A stretch of DNA of 64,000 bases from the human T2T-CHM13v2.0 reference genome, Homo sapiens. The stretch lies in NCBI GenBank assembly GCA_009914755.4, contig CP068257.2, forward strand, positions 44,288,001-44,352,000, read 5' to 3'. This document shows, in pieces, positions 12,976 through 23,418 of this stretch (position 1 is the first letter of the stretch; each line of letters opens with the position of its first letter). The notes under the pieces were generated by a model. The model worked only from the letters and a program-made list of their open reading frames with translations, was not told the origin of the DNA and made no database searches. The position numbers and the translations under genes were made by a program.

Positions 12976-15000
12976 CGCAGGTCTCTGTCTCATTCCACTA
13001 GAGGGAGAAGACACTGAGTGTAGACTCTCAACGCACATGTTAAAGTTTCAATGACCACTAACAACAAAGAAGTCCGATATGTAACCTCTGTGACAGGAAA
13101 CAAGTGAGGGGAAAAATTATTAATCCAACAGAAGAAAAGGAGTGAAATAAAAAAGAAACTCTGGAAAAGCAGGACAATTAGAAAACAAGTGTCAAAAATT
13201 AGTCTAAATATGTGGATGATTGTGATCAAAGTAAAATTATGAAATTCCAGTTAAGAAGCAAAGGCTGCCAGACTATATTTTTAAGCTGAACAAATAGGCA
13301 AGCAAACAAGCAAAAAATAATTTTTTTGTTTTTTTTTCTTTCAAGAGACACACCTAAAGCATAAGAACCCAGAAAAAATGAAAGAATGGGAAAAGGCTAA
13401 GGAATATGCAACAAAATCAGCTGGTGTACCAATATTAACATCAGTAGGGGGAAAAAAACAAGACTTTAAGAGAAAAACTTTAGTCATTACATGTTGATAG
13501 AAAATTCAGCTCACAAGAAGATATAATTCAAAATTTATACGTGCCTAAAACATAGCTTTAAAATATATTTTAAAAATTGACAAAACATAGATAATTTGAC
13601 AGACATTATAGCAAAAACTTGGCACACCTCTCTTTCCATGAGTGATAGGCCAAGTAGACAAGTGTGAAGAAGGCATCAACAGAACCACCCGTGATCCTGA
13701 CGTGATTGCCGTACCTTGAACGTTACACCTGCCACAGCTGTAGAATTCATGGAGACATTTACAAAACCTGATCACATACCAGCCCATAAAGCACATCTCA
13801 TCATCTTTCAAAAATTGGAATCGTATCGACCACACTCTCTTAGCACAAAGCAATTGCAGTCATGCACCACATGACGGTTCAGCCAACATCAGACCACACA
13901 GACGATGGTGATGCCATGAGAGTATAGTGGAGCTGAGAAATTCCTGTTGCCTGGTGACCTTGCAGCTGACCTGAGGTTGCAGTGCAGCACGTTACCCCCA
14001 CGTGTGCTGCTGGTGCAAACCCACTGCACTGCCAGCCGTCTAGCCATCTAGCACCTGCCGTTAAGCACAGCTCGTCATTCTAAATGACGCTGATAAACAA
14101 CTGTGTTACTGGTTTGTGTATTACTATGCTTTTTATCATTATTTTAGTGTATTCCTTCTAATTATCTAAAAAATGTTAGCTGTAAAACAGCCTCAGGCAG
14201 GTCCCGCAGGAGGTGTCCAGAAGGAGGCACTGTGATCATCGGAGATGACTATGTCAAACGGTGTGGTTTTGGTGCAGTGGGAGACAAGTAGACTGGATCA
14301 GACATGAGAGCCCAGGATCCCTCACACAGGAAGGAAGCCGTCTATGAGACTTGGACAGGACAGAGCTGCCCACGAGAGCCTGGGAGAGGGCAGATGCTCC
14401 ACACAGTGCCAGGACGGTGGGTCAACCACGTGGGGAAATTGATCTTTACTTCCTGCCATAAACAAAAATCATTTCCCATGTGTCAAGAACTCCAACACAA
14501 GACAGAAGAATTTAGCAGTTTTAGGAGAAAATATAGAAGAATGTCCTATTCTGAGATCAGGGGACGATTTCTTAAAACGTAAGCACAGACTGTAAAGGAA
14601 AATACTGGTGAGTTCAACTTTGTGAAATGTTGGAATACTGTTTCTCATAAGACACCATGGGAGAGCGGGGAGAAGATCTGTGCAGCAGGAGTGACAGACA
14701 GGATGGCATCTGAAATGCTGGGGTGCTCTTGAGAAGTCAGCAAAAATCAAGCAATAAGAAACATGGGCGAATGACAGAAACAGACATTTTGCTGGAGATG
14801 AAATAGAATGCAGGTTAGAACCACTGTGCTGGGGGCCTGTTTCTTGGCCTGAGTGATAGTTGTATGGGTGCATTCATTTTGTGATCATTCATTGAGTTGC
14901 ATCTTAAATGCTTGTAATTTTAGTAGTTGTCTATGTGTTACATTCTGAAACAATGTGAAATAGAAAAGACAGTTTACAGAGAAACATCAGTAATGGGATA

Positions 15001-15518
15001 CATCCCCTGCCCATCCTCCTACCCTCCTCTCCCTCCCTCTCCCCCTCCTCCCTCCCCTCCCCTTCCTCCCTCTCCCCCTACATCCTCCCCTCCTGCCCTC
15101 CTCTCCTTCACTCTGCCTCCTCCCTCCCCTCCTCTCCTCTCCCTCCCTCTCCCCCTCCTCCCTCCTCTCTCCTCTCCCTCCCTCCCTCTCCCCCTACTTC
15201 CTCCCCTCCTGCCCTCCTCTCCCTCCCCTCCTGTCCCTCCCTCCCCTCCTGTCCCTCCCTCCCCTCCTGTCCCTCCCTCCCCTCCTGCCTTCCTCTTCCT
15301 CCCTCTCCCTCCCTCTCCCCCTCCTCCCTCCTCTCCTCTCTCCCCTCCCTCCCTCTCCCCCTCCTCCCTCCTCTCCTCTCCCCTCCCTCACTCTCCCCCT
15401 CCTCCCTCCTCTCCTCTCTCCCCTCCCTCACTCTCCCCCTCCTCCCTCCCCTCCTCTCCCTCCCTCCCTCTCGCCTGCCTACCTGACTTTCTTCCTCTTT
15501 CCTCTCAGTGGTTTGGAG
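15001..15518 (+). repeat. About 480-bp polypyrimidine (C/T, CCCTCC-rich) tract with internal 17-20-bp tandem substructure; the sense strand of the PCBP3 intron
   Basis: Pyrimidines on the + strand exceed 95% (ctccctccctctccccctcctccctcccctcc...). It ends in tttcctctcAG. Confidence 0.95.
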
Positions 15519-18029
15519 GTACTGGTGAGAACCAAAAGCCTCATTTTTTCAACAGGGCAGAATTTTCCCAAAAAGTGGAAGGCCCCTTGGCACTTAGTCC
15601 TGTTCTCTCCTTTAAAAAATGTGGAAATTGAGTCCAAACGAGGTGCAGTGGCCTGACTGATCCCGGGCAGAGCTAGGGTGAGCACCCGCCCATCCTCTCC
15701 ACAGATGCTCCCCCAGCACCGCCCAGTGCTAGTCCAGGCCTCCCTAGGACGTCCCCTACATTTGTAGGTGGGGAGAAGAGAGATTTGTTTGCTAGTGTGG
15801 TCATTTCATCATAAAAAGCCCAAAACGTATCAGGAGACATTTTTGTCATCCGCAGCCACAGCTGCTGCTCACTCACATCCATTCCCCCACTTTATAGTCA
15901 AGGAACTGAGGCCTGGAGACACCAGGCCTTCCTGTCGCCACGGCCACAAGCTGAGCCATCTTGGAGCCGACTCCAACCCCTGTAGAGCCCAGGGAGCGCC
16001 CCTCCCCGTGCCCCATTCCCTGGCCATGGGGCAGCTCCTGAGCCCCACTAGGAGTCGGGGGTTTGCGGATCCCATCTGTGCCATTCAGCGTCCTGTGGCT
16101 GTGGATGAATTTGCCAGGAGTGTCTCACCCCGCCGTGGGCGATCTTGCCTGCAGCTCTCCTACCCGGCCTGGGACACTTGCGGTCTTTCCTGACGTGCCC
16201 CGTCCAGGTGGGGCGCCTTCACTAGGACCCCAGATGCGCCTGCTTCCTCCTCCTGCCCCCGCAGGGCCTCGTGTATCTCCGGGAGGTAGACTGTCCCGGT
16301 GACTTCAGCTGGTGTCCTTGGGACAGGATGTCCCCCACAAGCTCTCCTGGCACCCTCGTCAGGGGCTTCCACACACATCCCCTCAGATAACCCGGCACAC
16401 CCGTTCACGTTACATCATGGGGCAGCGCAGATGCCACAATGCCCTGCCCCCCAGCCCAGACCTGGCTGCAAGGCCAGGGGTTGGGGAGGGGCAGGGCTGG
16501 GGAGCAGGCCCCCCGATCCTCCCAGGGTACTAGGTACTGAGGAAGGAAGGGCCTTTATCTTGACTCTGGGTGAACTCTTAGGGGAGGGCTCCCAGCTCCT
16601 GAGAGGCCAAGTTCAAACCCACCCAGGAGCACACAGCTGGGAAGGCGCTGGGACCACAGTCGCCGCATTCCTGACTGTGCTCCCTGGTGTCAGGGAACCC
16701 AGGTGCCAGGGGTGGCCAGGGCAAGCATGGGGGTCTGGTCAGGTGCTCAGCAGCCGGCCTTCTCACGTGCAGATGGCAGCTCTGCTCCGAGCGCCCACAC
16801 CCCCCAGCATTGGTGGCCTCTGTGGCAGCTTCTGCCACCCATACCCTGTGCAGTGAGGAAGCTGAGGTGCCTGCCTGGCTGTGGGTCGCAGGAGTCCACA
16901 CACAGCCACGCTGGGATTTATTTGGGTTGAATGTTCTGAAGGGAAAATGCTGGGGAGGTGGTGCCCTCCCCAAATGTGCCACCTCCCCTGCCTGCTGGGC
17001 AGCACCACAGAGGAGCTTTGCCCAGTGTCCTCCTGAGCCCCAGGACACCCTCTGCAGCACCCAGCCTTGACAGCCCCACTGGAGGCCTGTGGCTCCTGGG
17101 AAAGCCAGGCCTGAGGAGCACCATGCCCTCTGCTGAGCAGCCCTGGGCTCTCCAAAGGGTGGAAGAATTATGAGCCTCACCTTGCCACGTTTACCATTAT
17201 CTTCTGCTATTTTTAGTTTTTATTTAAGAAATGAGGCTCAGGTAAAATAACTTTAAAAATGGCATCAAAGCCCCCTTGAAAAGTCTTGTGGCCCGAGGAT
17301 GGGAGGAGAAGGGCTGGGGGCAGCCTGCAGGGACCGGGGACACAGGCGGCTCCCAGCTGAGGGCCCGAGGCGTCCCTCCCTCATGCCTTCCACAGAACCT
17401 TCTAGCACTAGTGTTCTGTAATCCCAGGAAAGGCAAGACGCTTCTGGAGGTGACTAAAAGGCAGATGTGTGGCCCCTCAGGTGTTCCCCCCACCCCAGGT
17501 CACCTCATGGGTAAAGCAAGGCCCTGCAGGGGAGGGGAGTGGGCCAGGCCTAGCACAGGGTGAGACCAGGGCGAGGTTTGCAAACTCATGCCTCTGTGGA
17601 TCCCACAGGGGCTAGGCTGATTTTAGTGACTAGTGACTCGGCCTTGAATCTCCTAGAAGTGCAGCTGGTCTTCATCTGTGGCTCCTGGACTCCCCCAGAC
17701 TCTCCATGGCCCACTGGCCCCAGCCTCCTGTCCACACCAGCTGGTGAGAGGGAGGCTGGGCCGGTCTAGGCTGGAGCTGCCGGGGAGCCAGGGAGAGAAG
17801 ACAGCGGCTTCCGGAGCTGCCTTCTGCACGCCGGGCATTGGCCTGCTCACAGCCTGGACTCCATTGGCTTCCCCCAGGCCAAGTCCTTGCGTTCTCTTGC
17901 ATCTGCCATGTGTCCGCATGGCCCTCTTTCTATCTATCTGTGCAAAGTTCTGTTACTGCCGTTTTAATTTGGTGTGACTTGTACTCGATGACAATAACCT
18001 TCTTAGCTCTCGTGTCCCTCCTACCCCAG

Positions 18030-18108
18030 CAGTTGACCAAGCTCCACCAGTTGGCCATGCAGCAAACCCCCTTTCCTCCCCTCGGACAGACCAACCCCGC
18101 TTTCCCCG
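18030..18108 (+). CDS. PCBP3: PCBP3 coding exon (79 nt, phase 0 to 1) encoding QLTKLHQLAMQQTPFPPLGQTNPAFPG; likely the alternatively spliced linker exon
   Basis: Acceptor ctaccccAG at 18028-18029 and donor GTACGT at 18109. Its terminal G joins GA of the next exon to give Gly. The peptide is contiguous with the flanking PCBP3 exons. Confidence 0.8.
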
Positions 18109-18888
18109 GTACGTACCCAGCCCTTTTCTCACCTCCTTCTCTTCTCACCTGGGGACTTTCTCTTTCTGAGCTGTGTTATTCGGTGCAGTGCATAGAACAG
18201 GTGCAGTTGGATTTGTGAGTGCCGGTGCTGCGGCGTTCACATGCAGCAGGCTTGCTGGGGCTGGGGCCGGGGACAGGGTGGGGGCGGGAGGTGGGTCTCG
18301 CTCCCACTGTTGGGGGCTGGTTCACCTTACAGCTGGCCTTGCCATAGCCTTGCTTGTGAAGAGACGTCTGCCCACCGAGGGTCTGCACTTGCTGGGCAGT
18401 GCCCTGTGCTGCCCGCAGTCTGTCCTGGGTGGCCCTTCCTGCTGAGCGTACCCACTGGGCCGCCCTGGAGGCTTTTCTCTCCAGGAGCAAGAGCACAGCT
18501 GACGTGGATGCTCTTCTGCAGGAAGCCACTGCGTATCCCAAGGTGGCACCCAGCCCTGCCCCAGGAGAGCAGTGACCCGAGTCAGCCCTAGCCCAGTCGC
18601 TGTCATGAGGCCATCAAGGGTGGCCATCCGTGGCAAGCCCACCCTGCCCCTGGCATGCCTGGCAGTTGGGTGTCCCTCCCTGCAGAGGCAGCGCCATGCC
18701 TGTGGACAACCCCCCTCTCCCCCTGGCGTGCCTGGCAGCTAGGTGTCCCTCCCCACAGAGGCAGTGCCATGCCTGTGGCTGTGGCCAGAGAGAGCGCCGG
18801 TGCGTGCGCCAGTCATATTTTGAGCTTCCCTAGTTGAAGGGACCCTGCTTATCTCCTTGAGGGCAAAACATTAAACCTGTCTCTTCTT

Positions 18889-18948
18889 TGCTCTCCAGGA
18901 GAAAAGCTGCCTTTACACTCCTCCGAAGAAGCTCAAAATCTGATGGGC
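18889..18948 (+). CDS. PCBP3: PCBP3 coding exon (60 nt, phase 1 to 1) encoding (G)EKLPLHSSEEAQNLMGQSS(G)
   Basis: Acceptor tctttgctctccAG at 18887-18888 and donor GTAACA at 18949. The frame is continuous with neighbouring exons. Confidence 0.8.
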
Positions 18949-19734
18949 CAGTCATCAGGTAACACAAAGCCACACTGACAGGAGAACAGGCCAGAGCAGC
19001 AGAGCAGAGCCCCAGTGGGAGGAGGTGTGGGGGCCCTGCCGCTGCAGCAGTTTCCAGCTTCCATGGGAGGCTGTGGGCCAGCCTCAGGTGCTGCCAAGGG
19101 CGTGGGTGGTGCCATGCTGCCACTGTGGCTGGATGGTGGGGCCTGAGGTGCTCAGAGCAGGGCACCCCGGCCATGGGAGGCGGCCGTGGGAGCAGGAAAT
19201 AGAGGTCTCACCATGGTGTGCTTTGGAAATGGGTTTTGTAGGACTACAAGCAAACCCTTAAGGAGGAAGATCAGTCTGTGCTGGATTTGCCTGCACCCCT
19301 CCCGACTTGCATTAAAATGTTCATTCCTCAGATACTGTGGGGTAGCACATAGATTTGTAGATTCAGTGACCAAGGCCATGAAACAGACACAGTTGTTTGC
19401 CTGGGGCTTAGCAGGTTCCTAGGTGCCCGTGAAGAAGATGCCACACACGCACCACACCTTGTGGCTCCATGTGCACATGGCCGGTGCCACAGTGGCTTCC
19501 TGGTGGCCAGGCAGGTGTCCTGTAATGACCCTCCCCTCACCAAGGCCCTGAGGACTGCAGTGCACACACATGCCAGCCACAGCAGGGTTAAATTGGGTGG
19601 GCAGCGATGGGAGGTGTTTGTGGCCTCTTTGAATGCTGCGGCCAGGAGACTTCCAGCGTGGGCTTGGACTGCAGGTTGGGGCAGCCTCCTTTACCCCTGG
19701 TACCTGGAATGTCGTCATCTTCATAAGAAACAGA

Positions 19735-21460
19735 CTCACCTGGGCCGTGCTGTCCTGAGATGAGTGAACACGTCGGCCATGCCGTCCTGAGATGAACAAA
19801 CACGTCGGCCATGCTGTCCTGAGATGAACAAACACGTCGGCCGTGCCGTCCTGAAATGAATGAACACATCAGCCATGCTGTCCTGAAATGAATGAACACA
19901 TCGGCCATGCTGTCCTGAGATGAATGAACACCTGGGCCATGCCGTCCTGAAATGAATGAACACGTCGGCCATGCCGTCCTGAGATGAATGAACACATCGG
20001 CCATGCTGTCCTGAGATGAACAAACACCCGGGCCATGCTGTCCTGAGATGAACGAACACCCGGGCCATGCTGTCCTGAGATGAACGAACACCTGGGCCAT
20101 GCTGTCCCGAGATGAATGAACATGTCGGCCGTGCCATCCTGAGATGAATGAACACAACGGTCATGCTGTCCTGAGATGAATGAACACCTGGGCCATGCCA
20201 TCCTGAAATGAATGAACACATTGGCCATGCTGTCCTGAGGTGGATGAACACCTAGTCCATGCCATCCTGAGATGAATGAACACATCAGCCATGCCGTCCC
20301 GAGATGAATGAACACATCGGCCATGCTGTCCTGAGATGAACGAACACCTGGGCCTTGCCGTCCTGAGATGGATGGACACCTGGTCCATGCCGTCATGAGA
20401 TGAATAAACACATCAGCCAAGCTATCCTGAGATGAATGAACACATCAGCCATGCTGTCCTGAGATGAGTGAACACCTGGTCCATGCCATCCTGAGATGAA
20501 TGAACACATCGGCCATGCCGTCCTGAGATGAATGAACACATCGGCCATGCTGTCCTGAGATGAACAAACACCTGGGCCATGCTGTCCTGAGATGAACGAA
20601 CACCTGGGCCATGCCGTCCTGAGATGAACGAACACGTCGGCCATGCCGTCCTGAGATGAACGAACACCCGGGCCATGCTGTCCTGAGATGAACGAACACC
20701 TGGGCCATGCTGTCCCGAGATGAATGAACACGTCGGCCGTGCCGTCCTGAGATGAATGAACACAACAGTCATGCTGTCCTGAGATGAATGAACACCTGGG
20801 CCATGCCATCCTGAAATGAATGAACACATTGGCCATGCTGTCCTGAGGTGGATGAACACCTGGTCCATGCCATCCTGAGATGAATGAACACATCAGCCAT
20901 GCCGTCCCGAGATGAATGAACACATCGGCCATGCTGTCCTGAGATGAACGAACACCTGGGCCTTGCCGTCCTGAGATGGATGGACATCTGGTCCATGCCG
21001 TCATGAGATGAATAAACACATCAGCCAAGCTATCCTGAGATGAATGAACACATCAGCCATGCTGTCCTGAGATGAGTGAACACCTGGGCCATGCCGTTCT
21101 GAGATGAATGAACACATCGGCCATGCTGTCTTGAGATGAATGAACACATCAGCCATGCCGTTCTGAGATGAATGAACACATCGGCCACGCCGTCTTGAGA
21201 TGAATGAACACATCAGCCATGCCATCCTGAGATGAATGAACACATTGGCCATGCTGTCTTGAGATGAATGAACACCTGGGCCATGCTGTCTTGAGATGAA
21301 TGAACACCTGGGCCATGCTGTCCTGAGACGAATGAACACCTGGGCCATGCTGTCTTGAGATGAATGAACACATCAGCCATGCTCTCCTGAGAGGGATGAA
21401 CACCTGGGCCTTGCCGTCCTGAGATGAATGAACACATTGACCATGCTGTCCTGAGATGAT
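19735..21460. repeat. Minisatellite (VNTR), 32-bp unit x about 54 (consensus gccatgctgtcctgagatgaatgaacacatcg)
   Basis: There are 1.7 kb of head-to-tail 32-mers. Variants are ccatgcc/ccatgct, gagatga/gaaatga, tgaatgaac/tgaacaaac and acatcgg/acctggg. It is open in all three minus-strand frames, producing the staggered 150-210-aa ORFs. Confidence 0.97.
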
Positions 21461-23365
21461 TGTCCTGGTTATGCAGACATTTCTTTATATTATTTGCTTA
21501 ACTTTAATGCCCTCCTAGGAAGATTTCCCATACTTTCCTCCCTTCAATCAAAATATCCCAAGTTCAACAGGTCTGGCTCACTCCTCTCTATTCATCTAAG
21601 GTCTACTTTGTTCAGGAATTTCTGTCTAGGACTCAGGCAGGACCAAGGAAATCTTTTCAGTGACATTTTAAATATCACTGTTTATGGAATGTGTATAGAT
21701 AACTGAATAACCAAATAAGTGTTGTTTTGAAAGTATCTTTATTAAAAGAATATAAAGAACAGAAACTCTAGGCTTATATATGCAAAGGAAAAATAATGGA
21801 GAATTAGAGATGAATTGGTTCATTCAGCACCAGCTGATCCCCTCCTGTGCTGGACGGTCCCACAGGACCACGTCTGCCCTGTGGGGTCACTCCCTGCCAG
21901 GGAGACTGGCTGGCCACAGTGAGAGGTGGTGCCAGTACCATAAGACAAGATGAGAGGTGGCATTGTGGACAAACTGCCCCACCCAGGGCCCAGGGAGGGT
22001 GTGGCTGGCAGGGACGGGGGGCAGGGCAGAGGTGGTGGGGAGGAACAGGAGCTGTGTGGCTTTAACATGGAGTTGGGGGGCACAGGAGGCGCCGTGAGGA
22101 AGTAGGAGCTCATTGGGAGTCTCCAACCATTGGAGGTGCATTTTGGGGACCCCTCTGGTCTGTCTGGAACCTAGGCTGAGGGGCACAGCAGAGGCAGGAA
22201 CCAGCAAGAGGGAAGCATGGGGGTGGGAGGAGGGCTCCCCAGTCTGGGGTATTCTGAAGGTACATCAGCTGGGCCTGCGATGGTTAGGAGGGGTGGATCC
22301 TGGGGTCTCCAGGGCCCAGGCTGAGCTGCAGAATCCGAGTTACAAGAACCACGTGGGGCCTGCAAGGGGAAGAGCAGAGTGTCAGCGTTAGACTTGCAGG
22401 TTGGAGCCGCCACTTGTCCAGGAAATGGAAATGCTGAGCACGAAGAGCAGAGCAGCCTCTGGCCCCTCCTGTGCCAGTACTCATGGGGCTTGCAGCTTCC
22501 AAGCAAGAGCAAATCATGGACTTGAACTCTGAGAGGTTGTCTTTTATCTGATGGTACTAAGTGGAGATTTGTAAATATAAAAGCTTAGGCTTGATGATCA
22601 ATTAGACCCATATTGTCACTCTTCAACAAAGAAAGGTATCTATATAGAAATGTGCAGCTTTTCATTGGCCCTAGCACTTCATTTTTGGCTCAGTGATGCC
22701 ATTAGGTCTCCTTGCTCCAAATTGGAAGAACTGCCTGGTGGGCCTGAGCTGTCTGAGCCAGGCTATGTGCAGGGGCCTCTGGACAGTTACATCAGAATCA
22801 GAATGAGAGGCAACTTTGCATGCTCTGCCATCTGCTGTCCCCTGCAGGAGGCCGGGGGGTGTCACAGGGAGGTGGGGCACTGTCGGGTAGAGCCGTGTGG
22901 GCCTCAGAACCAGTGGTGTCTCCTGAGAACTAAGGGAAAATGGGCACTCAGCATCAGTGTGACCAGCATGGCCTGTGCCCTGGGTGCTGCACAGAGACCC
23001 TGAGACATGCTGGATGGCCCTGCCCTTCAGCCAGGGGCCCACCAGGGTGGCTTTCCAAGGTGTCACAAGAGAGTATACAAACATAACAGGGGAGTGAAGT
23101 CACGCTGTGCACAAAATGAAAAAAACAAAATGTCCTGCTTGGGTTTCTCTTTCCTTCTTTTGAGAGAGGTTGGGACTAAGGAAATTGGGTGGCAGTTTGG
23201 GACTGAAGCTCACAGGGTCCTGGCCCTCTGGGCTGTGCTGACCCTCACACTTGGGCCAGCTCTACAGCCCTGTCTCACTTGACCCAGGAGAGTGAGGGAC
23301 AGGCACTGGAGTGTGACTGTTAGCAGCCTTCCACCAGCCTAACCATGTCCCCTTGGTATACCCAG

Positions 23366-23418
23366 GTCTGGACGCCAGCCCACCGGCCAGCACTCATGAG
23401 CTCACCATTCCCAATGAT
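23366..23418 (+). CDS. PCBP3: PCBP3 coding exon (53 nt, phase 1 to 0) encoding (G)LDASPPASTHELTIPND, the start of the KH3 domain
   Basis: Acceptor ccttggtatacccAG at 23364-23365 and donor GTGAGT at 23419. The HELTIPND motif is characteristic of the PCBP KH3 domain. Confidence 0.85.

Noticed and set aside
9245-13038. Three overlapping minus-strand ORFs of 1231, 1241 and 1224 aa (a cysteine-rich 22-aa repeat, CCFYPRDCSRCSHLLVHTRSYV) that look like a giant repeat protein
   Set aside because: All three reading frames are open simultaneously over exactly the span of a 66-bp tandem array. There is no start or splice context. The host is a human intron. These are stop-free frames through a minisatellite, not a gene.
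13050-14300. An AT-rich segment with L1-like phrases (...cacagctgtagaattcatggagacatttacaaaacctgatcacataccagcc...) as a LINE fragment
   Set aside because: The similarity to L1 is only impressionistic and I cannot align it confidently from memory. I left it unannotated rather than assert a family.
19588-21437. A ladder of 75-211-aa minus-strand ORFs (MADVFIHLRTAWP...ISGQHGPGV repeats)
   Set aside because: They are frame-rotating translations of a 32-bp x54 minisatellite.
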